Assembly: GCA_963735595.1 (NCBI GenBank)
Contig: CAVTLK010000001.1
Coordinates: forward strand, 704,001 to 768,000
Length of the DNA stretch: 64,000 nt
Origin: an uncultured delta proteobacterium
GTDB lineage: Bacteria; Desulfobacterota; Zymogenia; Zymogenales; Zymogenaceae
Reading direction: 5' to 3'
Under the pieces are notes generated by a model, which was not told the DNA's origin, ran no database searches, and saw nothing but the letters and a program-made list of their open reading frames with translations. Within the stretch, counting starts at the first letter, position 1, and each line of letters begins with the position of its first letter. This document shows, piece after piece, positions 55,522-64,000 of the stretch. A program made the translations under genes and the position numbers.

Positions 55522-56383
55522 TCGGGCCTGCCCTGCCCCCGGAAGACCCGGTGTGCTGTTCGATGAGCCGTATCCCGTTATCGTAAAAGACCTTCCGATA
55601 AAACTCGTCCGAAAGCCCGAGCGACGCGAGATATTCGATTTCATCCTCACGGGGAAAGATAACGTTGGGAAAGTCCGACCCGTAGACGATCCGGTCGCGG
55701 TAGCGCTCCAGCTCGTCCGCCGGCACGTCGCAGACGTGCCCCAGCTTCGTCAGATACGCAAACGCGGTGTCAAACATCAGGTTCGGGTAATCGGGTAAGA
55801 GATCAAAGAACTCCTTAAACTCCATCCCCCCCATGTGGGCGACGTTGACCGGAAGGTCGGGGTAGCGCCGCATCAGTTTGACGAAGTTATCGACCCCCAC
55901 AAACGGGTTTCCCACCGGGCCGTTGCCGACGTGCAGCAGCATGCGCTTGCCCTGTTCCATCACCAGGTCGTACAGCCCGAAGAGCCGCTCGTCGTGGGGG
56001 TAAAAGCGCTGCACCAGCAGCTGCAGCTTGAACCCGAGCACCCGCGGGTGGGAGAGAATCTCCCGGGCCATATCCAGGCCGTCCTCGTCACCGGGGTGGT
56101 AGGCGGCAAAGCAGTAGAGGTCGGGGTCCTCATCAAGTATCTCGAGATTCCAGCGGTTGAGCGTCCCGGCTACCCCGGGCTTGTGGGCGTAGTTGGAAAA
56201 GACGATCGGGGAAACGCCGCGCTCCCTCAGGTAGGCCACTGCCTGGCCCCAGTAGAGCTGATGGAGAACGTCCCACCCGTAGTCCTTGGAAAAGTGCCTC
56301 CAGATCGCCTCAAAGAGCCGGTCGGGGAAGAGATGGACGTGAAAATCGATGATCGCGGGAGGAACCCGGTCATTTATCGTCAT
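55514..56383 (-). CDS. Amidohydrolase family protein
   Basis: IIDFHVH, LHVG, AHMGG, FDTA and YGSDFP. Confidence 0.9.
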   Translation of the reverse strand: MTINDRVPPAIIDFHVHLFPDRLFEAIWRHFSKDYGWDVLHQLYWGQAVAYLRERGVSPIVFSNYAHKPGVAGTLNRWNLEILDEDPDLYCFAAYHPGDEDGLDMAREILSHPRVLGFKLQLLVQRFYPHDERLFGLYDLVMEQGKRMLLHVGNGPVGNPFVGVDNFVKLMRRYPDLPVNVAHMGGMEFKEFFDLLPDYPNLMFDTAFAYLTKLGHVCDVPADELERYRDRIVYGSDFPNVIFPREDEIEYLASLGLSDEFYRKVFYDNGIRLIEQHTGSSGGRAGPIT

Positions 56384-56906
56384 ATTGTGTGATACCCGTA
56401 ACAATAGGGGACTTCTTTCTATTATATGCTTCATGCATAGTTCATTTCAAGAAATGAATGACGGCAGGACCACTGATTATAAAAAAACTGTCGCGTGATC
56501 CCGGCCTGTGCCCGTCTGACCGCGCTAATCGTCGTGCCCGTAATTGTGCGGCTCGACGGAGTATCGGGAATTGGGGCGGGTGGGCTTGCATTGAGTCGAA
56601 TACGGTGATATGCTTAATTCAATATAGTGCATTCTTTATTATTTAATAAAGGAACTGAATAATTTGTCGAATCAACATCTCGTGCCTCTCGTCGCCGTCG
56701 ATCGAATCCCCTCTCCCCCTCTCATATACCGACGAGAAATTCTCCCGATAGTAATGACGGCAGACGATATCTCAGAATCCCGAGCCGGGACGCGGAAGTT
56801 CCGGGGCCTGCGTATATATCGCGATCCTTCCGGAAGCAACCGGGCCCAACGTGGTTGTCCGGAAGCGAGTTTATCAAAGTATTCTATACCATTTTTGGAG
56901 GTATCT

Positions 56907-57707
56907 ATGAAAAACTCACCAGGACGTTTCTCGAGGTCTTTTGTTATCATCATCTCATGCATCACGGTTCTCGCCTTTGCCGTACCGGCCTTTGCCGCCT
57001 ACGACTTTTCCGTCGCGCGGGACAAGAGCTCCTACGTGACGGGATCCGCCGTTACCATCCAGCTCACCAACACCGGCACCAAGACGCTTACGCTCACGTC
57101 GATGCGCTGGATGGTGCAAGTCAAGAACGGGGACTCGTGGCGCGAGGTCTTCACCGAGGCGGCAAAGCCCTCCACGGTCTCCAATAGCCTGCCTGTGGGT
57201 GATATTGCCACGTGGACGTGGAACGGCAAGGATAACGAGGGGGCGACCCAGCCCGCCGGCGAATACCGGGTCAAGGTATGGGTCATCATGCCCATAGCCG
57301 GTTATCAGGACGATAAGGTAACCAGCACGTTCACCCTTACGTCCGGTTGGAGCGCGAAGAAGGAGATCAAGATCACCTCGAATATGTCCACCTACCACAA
57401 GGGCGGCACCGTGAACTTCACCATCAAGAACATGAGCAGCGAAGCCATTGCGCTTGACACCAGCGGCTTTTCCTGGATCATCTACCGCCACGCCACCTCC
57501 GGTCCGGTCGGCAAGTCCACCCACAACTCCAGGCCGGGGGGCGTCCCCAACCCGCTTCCGCCGGGAGGTTCAGCTTCCTGGTCGTGGGATATGCGTAACG
57601 ACGCCGGCAACTTCGTCGACCCCGGCGACTTCGAACTGGAGGTGAAGCTCCCCAACGTCTCCGGCGGGGCAATCGAGGGTAACTGCTTCTTCAAGGTCAT
57701 TGAGTAG
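56907..57707 (+). CDS. Secreted protein with two Ig-like (FlgD-Ig/BsuPI-like) domains
   Basis: GGAGG RBS; signal peptide ..AFA; two units of the form Y..G..V....N...W.W...D..G....G.(Y/F). Confidence 0.8.
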   Translation: MKNSPGRFSRSFVIIISCITVLAFAVPAFAAYDFSVARDKSSYVTGSAVTIQLTNTGTKTLTLTSMRWMVQVKNGDSWREVFTEAAKPSTVSNSLPVGDIATWTWNGKDNEGATQPAGEYRVKVWVIMPIAGYQDDKVTSTFTLTSGWSAKKEIKITSNMSTYHKGGTVNFTIKNMSSEAIALDTSGFSWIIYRHATSGPVGKSTHNSRPGGVPNPLPPGGSASWSWDMRNDAGNFVDPGDFELEVKLPNVSGGAIEGNCFFKVIE

Positions 57708-57810
57708 CGAATCGACCACAAGGGCGGGGGTAAAAACCCCCGCCCCCTTTTTGCGTCTCCCGGCCGGGGAGACCCACCCCCGTTCGTATATCGACTATAA
57801 GGAGGATGAT

Positions 57811-58239
57811 ATGAAGCAGTATCGTAAAGGCGGACTCATTATCCTGACCTGTATTCTGGTTGTTTCTCTCGCCCTTTGTCTCCCCTCGTGCCGTAAGATG
57901 AAAGAGGCGGGTAAGGAGCGCCGGATGGAAAAGCTCCAGGCCGAAAAGACCGAGGGGTGCGTCAATTTCACCGGCGTGTGGGATACCAACAACGGGGAGC
58001 TGACGGTGCTCCAGGAGGGCTGTGCCGGCGAGGGGACGCTTGAGGGAATCGGCGGCGGTTTCTACAAGCTGACCGGAAACGTCACCAACGACACCTGGGA
58101 TTTCGAGTGGAACGGCCCTGCGGGCGCCGGCCGGGGCTATTTCACGATGGACCCCGCGGGCGGTAAATTTATCGGCGAGAACGGGGACGGCGAAAACAAC
58201 ACGGGCAGGGGCGCGTGGGACGGGAAAATGGTCAAGTAG
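57811..58239 (+). CDS. Lipoprotein with Gly/Trp-rich beta-barrel-like domain (paralog 1)
   Basis: AAGGAGG RBS; lipobox LPSC; FTGVWDTNNGELTV. Confidence 0.8.
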   Translation: MKQYRKGGLIILTCILVVSLALCLPSCRKMKEAGKERRMEKLQAEKTEGCVNFTGVWDTNNGELTVLQEGCAGEGTLEGIGGGFYKLTGNVTNDTWDFEWNGPAGAGRGYFTMDPAGGKFIGENGDGENNTGRGAWDGKMVK

Positions 58240-58260
58240 CAGTTTCGGTTGGAGGATATA

Positions 58261-58686
58261 ATGAAACGCTTTAATCTTATCGGCGTCTTTTTTCTCGTCG
58301 CGCTCTTTGCAGTAGCCGTTACCCTCGGGATTGCCGGGTGCCGGAGAGCGGCAGAAACACCGGCGGAGCCGGAGGCGGTTACGCCCATCGCGGCCCCGGC
58401 CGAGGAGTGCGCCTCCTTTGTTGGCACATGGGACGTCAACCTCGGCGAGCTGACGGTCGTCCAGGAGGGCTGTGAGGCCGAAGGGAAGCTCAAGGGGACC
58501 GGCGGGGGCTACTACGCACTCGAGGGACACATCACGGGAGACACCTGGGATTTCTCGTGGAAGGGACCCGAAGGCAGGGGCCACGGCTACCTCACGATGG
58601 ACCCGGCCGGCGGGAAGTTCATCGGTGAGCACGGCGACGGCGACAGCACCACCGGCAAGGGCAGATGGGACGGGATCATCAGGTAA
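58261..58686 (+). CDS. Lipoprotein with Gly/Trp-rich beta-barrel-like domain (paralog 2)
   Basis: GGAGG RBS; lipobox IAGC; FVGTWDVNLGELTV; bidirectional terminator at 58709-58738. Confidence 0.8.
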   Translation: MKRFNLIGVFFLVALFAVAVTLGIAGCRRAAETPAEPEAVTPIAAPAEECASFVGTWDVNLGELTVVQEGCEAEGKLKGTGGGYYALEGHITGDTWDFSWKGPEGRGHGYLTMDPAGGKFIGEHGDGDSTTGKGRWDGIIR

Positions 58687-58767
58687 CCGATCCCCCAAAC
58701 AAAACCGGAAACGGGCGGAGGAAATCTCCGCCCGTTTTGTATCGGCCCAATTCGCGCGGCTGCAACC

Positions 58768-59397
58768 CTATTTCAAGAGATAGCGCTTGAACATGGTTAC
58801 AAGCTGATACAGGACATCCTTCTCATCAGCGCCGACTTTGTTACTATACAGATAATGGAATACCGCGTGGGTTGCCCTGCCCATGACGATCATCGCGGTA
58901 TCCAGGTTTTCCAGAGCAATGCGGTCCGGATTCTCCCGAAACCATTTTACAATCACCTTTTCTTCTTCCTTTTCCCAATGGTCGTGTATCTCGGCGGCCT
59001 TCTCATTCATTGTGACGAATCTATTAATTTCGTAGTTCAATTTCCCGTATTTCGTATGGAATGCATAGATAGTGGAAAATAGGTGATCGATTCCCGCCTC
59101 AAATCCCATATTCCGTGATCGTATCTGTTCGACACACTCCCGTGTGATACTGTAAACATTTCTGGACCGTTCCTCCAATACCACGAGGAATATCTCTTCC
59201 TTATTCTTGAAGTGCGCATATACTCCGCCAATGGATAGCCCGGACCTTTCAGCTATATGGTGCGTTGTCGTAGCCTCGAATCCCAGCTCAGAGAACACAT
59301 GTCTGGCTGCTTCGAGGATATTCCGCCTGGTCCTCCTTGACCGTTCCTGGAGCGGTTCCTTAAACGCGATTACCGATTGTGGGTTTTCCAGAGTCAT
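58768..59397 (-). CDS. TetR family regulator
   Basis: QERSRRTR..ILEAA..FSELGFEATT..IAERSGLSIGGVYAHFKNKEEI. Confidence 0.93.
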   Translation of the reverse strand: MTLENPQSVIAFKEPLQERSRRTRRNILEAARHVFSELGFEATTTHHIAERSGLSIGGVYAHFKNKEEIFLVVLEERSRNVYSITRECVEQIRSRNMGFEAGIDHLFSTIYAFHTKYGKLNYEINRFVTMNEKAAEIHDHWEKEEEKVIVKWFRENPDRIALENLDTAMIVMGRATHAVFHYLYSNKVGADEKDVLYQLVTMFKRYLLK

Positions 59398-59521
59398 GTA
59401 GCTATCGGCCCTCCATGATACGTCGGTAGAAGACTTAAATAGTGCGGTATTTCTATCGGTTCAATAGTACCAGACAATAGCAGCAAAGACAAATAAAATG
59501 TGACGTCGAATTCGTTTTTTA

Positions 59522-59550
59522 TTGACATGCCCCAAGAATGGGTATAGGAT
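59522..59550 (+). promoter_or_regulatory. Sigma70 promoter of the flavoprotein operon
   Basis: TTGACA-17 bp-TAGGAT, flanked by two GACGTC-centred imperfect palindromes. Confidence 0.7.
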
Positions 59551-59796
59551 TATTCCAATTTCCGAATAAGACGTCGGTTTCTATTTGTTTTAAAGGCGGC
59601 CGCGACTATGCTCCCCCCGGCATTCCGCTCGGCGGCCGACTTTGATAATCCGACGTATCGAAAGCCCGCCACGTTAAGGCGGAAGGTATCCCTACCGGAG
59701 AAGTCCATACATATCGATTCACGGAACTATAGCCGAGGGAATCTCGCAGGCGCCCTATTTCATTGTCACACATAACGGTTTTATGAGGAGTGACCC

Positions 59797-60417
59797 ATGG
59801 ACGAAGAACGAAAAAAGCAACTGGACGCCACGGTCCAAAGCATCTGGAAGGTGATGGAGAACTTCGGAACCCAGAAAGAAGAGCATATTCCGGCCGGTGA
59901 GGCCGCCGAAGAACGGCGTGCCCTGGCGCGCCGTATCGGAAGGCTCTATCTTTCTTTCGCGCGTGTGCTGATAGACCGCCTGGGCGAAGAAGAGGCGACG
60001 AAGGCAATTCTCGAAGCCATCAGAGACTATTCCTTCCAGTGCGCCGAAGCGCGCCGCGCCGGAATAATGGACCTGCCACAGCGAGGAATCCATGAGAAAA
60101 ACGAGATGGTCGAGGATAAGGGAGAAAAGCGCCTGAGAAGCCGGGGATGCGGGATCGCACAGGAATTTCGCCGCCAGGGCGAGGAAAAACTCGGCGCTCT
60201 CTACTGTTATATCGATCCATGCTCCTTCATGCTGACGATGCCCAACGTCAAGCTCTATCACAAAAAAATGGAGCCGCTCGGAGACGACTGCTGCGAGTTC
60301 GATATCGCCGTCGTATCGGACGAAGAGATGGCAGATGTCACACAACCGGGTAAGGATTACCGGTATATCGATCCCATCATTAACGAGGGGACAAAGGGAT
60401 CGCTCAGGAAGAAATAG
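59797..60417 (+). CDS. L-2-amino-thiazoline-4-carboxylic acid hydrolase (ATC_hydrolase)-like protein
   Basis: LGEEEA..AI..AI..Y, C.IA..F..G..KLG.LYCYID and GDDCCEF pattern. Confidence 0.72.
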   Translation: MDEERKKQLDATVQSIWKVMENFGTQKEEHIPAGEAAEERRALARRIGRLYLSFARVLIDRLGEEEATKAILEAIRDYSFQCAEARRAGIMDLPQRGIHEKNEMVEDKGEKRLRSRGCGIAQEFRRQGEEKLGALYCYIDPCSFMLTMPNVKLYHKKMEPLGDDCCEFDIAVVSDEEMADVTQPGKDYRYIDPIINEGTKGSLRKK

Positions 60418-60469
60418 CAACCTCGCCTTTGCGAGTTGCATGACTACGCTCTCACAAGGAGTACCTGTA

Positions 60470-62245
60470 ATGGAATTAAGAACAATCAAGACCGACGTCC
60501 TGGTCGTCGGCGGCGGGGGCGCGGGGTTCCGTGCCGCAATCGGCGCCCGGGAGAAAGGGACCTCGGTCCTGCTCCTCAGTAAAGGTCCGCTGGCCCGGTG
60601 CGGGGCGAGCCCTATGGCCGGGGCCGATTTTACGCTGGACGGCAACAGCATGAGCAAATTGGGCCGCGAGGGAGACCCGAACGACAGCATGGAAAAGGTC
60701 TTCAACGACATCGTCACGCAGGGCTGGTATCTCAATAACCAGAAGCTGGTCGGGCAGTACGTGAAAACAGCACCCGAGCTTTTTCGAAATCTCGTCGATT
60801 GGGGCCTGGAGATAAAAATGTCCGATCAGCGGATGATCTTTGCTTCCGGCACCGGTATTATGGACGTGCTCCTCAAAAAGGCGCGTTCCGTCGGGGTCGG
60901 GCTCATGGAGGACGTCGCCCTGTTTGAGCTGACCGTTACCGACGGCGTTGTTACCGGGGGGCTGGGCCTGGATATCAGGAGCGGCGAGTTCATCCTCTTC
61001 GAGGCCAAGTCCGTTGTCATGGCCACGGGAGGGTGGCATAAGGCATTCTGGCCGAATACCGGCATGCGCGACCTTTCCGGAGAGGGGATCAGTATGGCCC
61101 ATCGGGCGGGCGCGGATATCGGCAACATGGAGTTTGTCACGTTTTGCTGTAACGTCTTTCTAGCACCGCCGATGTGGCGCGGCAGCATCGCCCCCTATAT
61201 GATCTCGCTCATCTGCGGAGGCAGGCTCACCGACAATCGAAACGAGGACCTTCTTTCCGGATACGATCCCGATCTGGTGAAATACGGCACCGCCACCGAG
61301 TGGAACAAGAGCTTTATTTCCCACGTGTCGGCACTGGCCGTCAGGGAAGGCCGCGGGTTTGAAAACGGCGGCGTCCATTATTCCCGCGGTGACGCCTCGT
61401 GGGATTATATGAAGATGGTTGGCGGCTTCGTCTTCCCCGGCTGGAAGTACAAGGCGATCGACCTTTCCCCGTGGGCGGTTATGCTCGAAAAGGATGAGCC
61501 GGTCGAGGTAGGACCGGCGGTGGAGTATTTCGACGGGGGGATTATCGTAAACGAGCGCTTTGAGACGACCCTGCCGGGACTCTTTGCCGCCGGCGAATGC
61601 TGCCTGGGCGCCTTCGGGGCCAACCGCGTCTTCTCGGCAATCACCGAGATGCTCGTCCAGGGAAAGGACGCGGGCGAAAACGCGGCAAACTATGCAAAAA
61701 GCGCATCTGTCCCAAGGCCCGATATGGAGATCATAAGAGATTCCCGTGAATCGGCCGAGCGGCCCATCGCCAGGAGAAGCGGCGCACATCCCGCCGCGTT
61801 TCGCAGGCACATCCAGGAGGCCGCCCACAAATATCTCGGCCCAATACGAACGGCCGACGAGCTAAAGGATTTCATCGCCCTGCTGGAAAACGTAAAGAAG
61901 GATGCGTTATCCGATCTTGCCGTGACCTCCCCGAGCCGATCATATAATAAGGAGTGGATCGACGCGCTGGAGTTACCGCATATCGTTCATCTCCTCGAGG
62001 CATCAGCCAGGAGCGCCCTGGCGCGCCAAGAGAGCCGCGGTGTCCATTTTCGCAAGGATTTTCCCCGGACGGACAACGACCGCTGGCTTGTCGAGAGCGT
62101 CGTGAAGTACAAAAAAGGCGCTCTGGATGTGACCAATCGGCCGACTACCGTGACGGCGATGACTCCACCGGGGGGAACCCTTCCCTACCTTGATATGATG
62201 AAACGATTCATGCTGGCCCACTCGGACACGGGGGGCAAACACTAA
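60470..62245 (+). CDS. SdhA/FrdA/NadB-family flavoprotein, divergent active site
   Basis: DVLVVGGGGAG, VMATGG, GLFAAGE, GANR and RQESRGVHFRKDFP. Confidence 0.9.
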   Translation: MELRTIKTDVLVVGGGGAGFRAAIGAREKGTSVLLLSKGPLARCGASPMAGADFTLDGNSMSKLGREGDPNDSMEKVFNDIVTQGWYLNNQKLVGQYVKTAPELFRNLVDWGLEIKMSDQRMIFASGTGIMDVLLKKARSVGVGLMEDVALFELTVTDGVVTGGLGLDIRSGEFILFEAKSVVMATGGWHKAFWPNTGMRDLSGEGISMAHRAGADIGNMEFVTFCCNVFLAPPMWRGSIAPYMISLICGGRLTDNRNEDLLSGYDPDLVKYGTATEWNKSFISHVSALAVREGRGFENGGVHYSRGDASWDYMKMVGGFVFPGWKYKAIDLSPWAVMLEKDEPVEVGPAVEYFDGGIIVNERFETTLPGLFAAGECCLGAFGANRVFSAITEMLVQGKDAGENAANYAKSASVPRPDMEIIRDSRESAERPIARRSGAHPAAFRRHIQEAAHKYLGPIRTADELKDFIALLENVKKDALSDLAVTSPSRSYNKEWIDALELPHIVHLLEASARSALARQESRGVHFRKDFPRTDNDRWLVESVVKYKKGALDVTNRPTTVTAMTPPGGTLPYLDMMKRFMLAHSDTGGKH

Positions 62246-62284
62246 AGCCGGCGCTATATCGACACTATCCGAGAGGAAAAAGAG

Positions 62285-62626
62285 ATGTCGCAAAAAAAGA
62301 TTATTATAAAGCTATTCAGATACGACCCCTCGACCGACGAAAAACCTTCCTACAAAGGGTACGAGGTTCCCTTTACCGAGGGGATGAGCGCGCTCAACGC
62401 CCTCGATTACATTTATCAGAACCTGGACCCGACGATCGCCTATTACGATCACGCGGGCTGCGCGCTCGGCATCTGCGCCCGCTGCACGGGCAGGATCAAT
62501 GGAAAGGCGGGGCTCCTGTGCCAGACACCCCTGCCGGAGGACGCCGAGGTGATCATCGAGCCGACGAGCCCACATCGAGTGTTGAGGGATTTGGTCATGC
62601 GAAAACAAAAGACCAAAGAGGGCTAA
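62285..62626 (+). CDS. 2Fe-2S protein (SdhB N-terminal domain only)
   Basis: FRYDP, ALDYI, CALGICARC..ING..LC and RDLV. Confidence 0.9.
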   Translation: MSQKKIIIKLFRYDPSTDEKPSYKGYEVPFTEGMSALNALDYIYQNLDPTIAYYDHAGCALGICARCTGRINGKAGLLCQTPLPEDAEVIIEPTSPHRVLRDLVMRKQKTKEG

Positions 62627-62666
62627 GACATTACTTTCATGGACTCATTGTCACAGGAGATGTAAC

Positions 62667-63953
62667 ATGGACAACGCAACAGAGAAAAACTTAGTAGTAA
62701 CCAGGAGACACGCCTACTATGTGTTCGTCCTCCTCTTCCTCCTCTATGTCTTTAACTACATAGACCGCATCATCATTTCCTCCCTGATCCCCTACCTGAA
62801 GGCGGAATGGACCCTGACCGACTATCAGCTCGGCTGGCTTGCATCCATCGTCACCCTGATGATGACGGTCTTCGTCTTCCCGATCTCTTTTCTCGTCGAT
62901 CGGTGGAGCAGAAAGAAGGCGATCGGCATTATGGCGATCATCTGGGGGCTGGCCTCAGCGGCCTGCGCGCTGGCGAGGAATTTCACGGAGCTTTCCATCC
63001 TTCGCTCATTCGTCGGCATCGCCGAGGCGGCATACACCGCCGGCGGCTTTGCCATGATTGCGGCCTTCTTCCCCGAAAACAAGCGGTCCACCATAAGTGG
63101 CTTGTTCAGTATGGCCATACCTTTGGGGGCGGCCCTCGGCATGGCGCTGGGCGGAATAATCGCCGAATCCCTCGGCTGGCGGTATTCTTTCGGGATCATG
63201 GCGGTACCCGGCCTGATCGTGGCCGTTCTTTTCTTCTTCGTTAAGGACTACAAGACCGTCGAGATCCGCAAAGAAGTCAAACGGGGCGCGCAGGTGATCT
63301 CGAAGAAAATGGGCCTATGGGACATTGTCCAGACTATTCTGAAAACCCCGTCCCTGCTCTACACCTACGTGGGATATATGACCACTGCCTTCGTGACGAC
63401 GGGCCTGATGGTGTGGCTCCCCACGTTCTACAACAGGGTCGAGGGGCTGCCGATGGACAAGGCGTCGATGAAGGGGGCGGTGATTATGCTGCTGGTTATT
63501 GTCGGCGCGCCGTTGGGGGGAATCATCACCGATTGGGGATGGAAATACCGCCCTGCCGCACGGATGAGCATTCCCGCCCTGACGTCTCTTATCTCCGCGG
63601 TCCTGCTTACCGCCGCGCTATTGTGTGACCATCGATACCAGTACAGCCTCTTTCTCCTTTTTGGGCTTTTCTCGCCGATGTATATCGCCGGGGGGGCGGC
63701 CGTTACCCAGGATGTCGTACACCCGGGGCTGAGGGCGATTTCGTACGGGACAAACCAGTTTTTCATGATGCTTATCGGCTATTCCCTCAGCCCGATCATT
63801 ATTGGGGCGATATCAGACCGCTATGACCTCATCACGGCCTTCAAGATACTGCCCATATTCTGTTTTCTTGCCGCAGTGGCCTTCTTCATCGGCCACTTCT
63901 ACTACGAGAGAGATCTCAAGAAGGTCGAACGCGTCACGCTCAAGGAGGAATAA
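62667..63953 (+). CDS. MFS transporter (spinster-like)
   Basis: NYIDR, DRWSRKK, RSFVGIAEA and GWR; 12 TM helices. Confidence 0.93.
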   Translation: MDNATEKNLVVTRRHAYYVFVLLFLLYVFNYIDRIIISSLIPYLKAEWTLTDYQLGWLASIVTLMMTVFVFPISFLVDRWSRKKAIGIMAIIWGLASAACALARNFTELSILRSFVGIAEAAYTAGGFAMIAAFFPENKRSTISGLFSMAIPLGAALGMALGGIIAESLGWRYSFGIMAVPGLIVAVLFFFVKDYKTVEIRKEVKRGAQVISKKMGLWDIVQTILKTPSLLYTYVGYMTTAFVTTGLMVWLPTFYNRVEGLPMDKASMKGAVIMLLVIVGAPLGGIITDWGWKYRPAARMSIPALTSLISAVLLTAALLCDHRYQYSLFLLFGLFSPMYIAGGAAVTQDVVHPGLRAISYGTNQFFMMLIGYSLSPIIIGAISDRYDLITAFKILPIFCFLAAVAFFIGHFYYERDLKKVERVTLKEE

Positions 63954-64000
63954 GGCGTCTTGCCGGTGATTTTGTGTAATAAAGGAGATAACCATGAAAA

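Noticed and set aside
56780..56870. c-di-GMP-I riboswitch-like GGGACGC..GGCCT in the leader
   Set aside because: Lacks the GGCAAA/GAAA tetraloop arm; the resemblance is too weak.

Overview
Bacterial chromosomal window, moderately GC-rich. The 16S sequence and gene content look deltaproteobacterial (inference, not classified). Left end: a minus-strand housekeeping operon (pheA-hisC-aroF-aroA-cmk-rpsA-sppA, a secretin-N-like gene, a coiled-coil gene, start of nfo). It is interrupted by an AT-rich GxxExxY nuclease-family gene enclosed in 27-bp inverted repeats, and two 'empty' pairs of the same repeats sit nearby. Next come a secreted protein made of seven 23-aa repeats, a solo GAF protein and two acyl-CoA catabolic clusters: an Ltp3/Ltp4-like thiolase-fold pair with two DUF35 proteins, and an HMGS-like/OB fusion plus thiolase with TetR, a MaoC pair, SDR, ACAD and ECH. 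These are followed by a pentameric ligand-gated ion channel next to a solo Cache protein, an AT-rich solo SF1 helicase and a complete minus-strand rRNA operon (16S, tRNA-Ile, tRNA-Ala, 23S, 5S). Right of it lie a KS/CLF-like pair with two paralogous acyl-CoA ligases, an AT-rich Zn-ribbon/PIN islet, tRNA-Leu, ribF, secreted Ig-like and beta-barrel lipoprotein genes, and a TetR-controlled operon (ATC-hydrolase family, divergent SdhA-like flavoprotein, 2Fe-2S protein, MFS). Many genes in 21.4-31.3 kb and 44.6-50.3 kb carry single-base frameshifts, most likely sequencing errors. All family calls come from motif recognition by eye; no searches were run.
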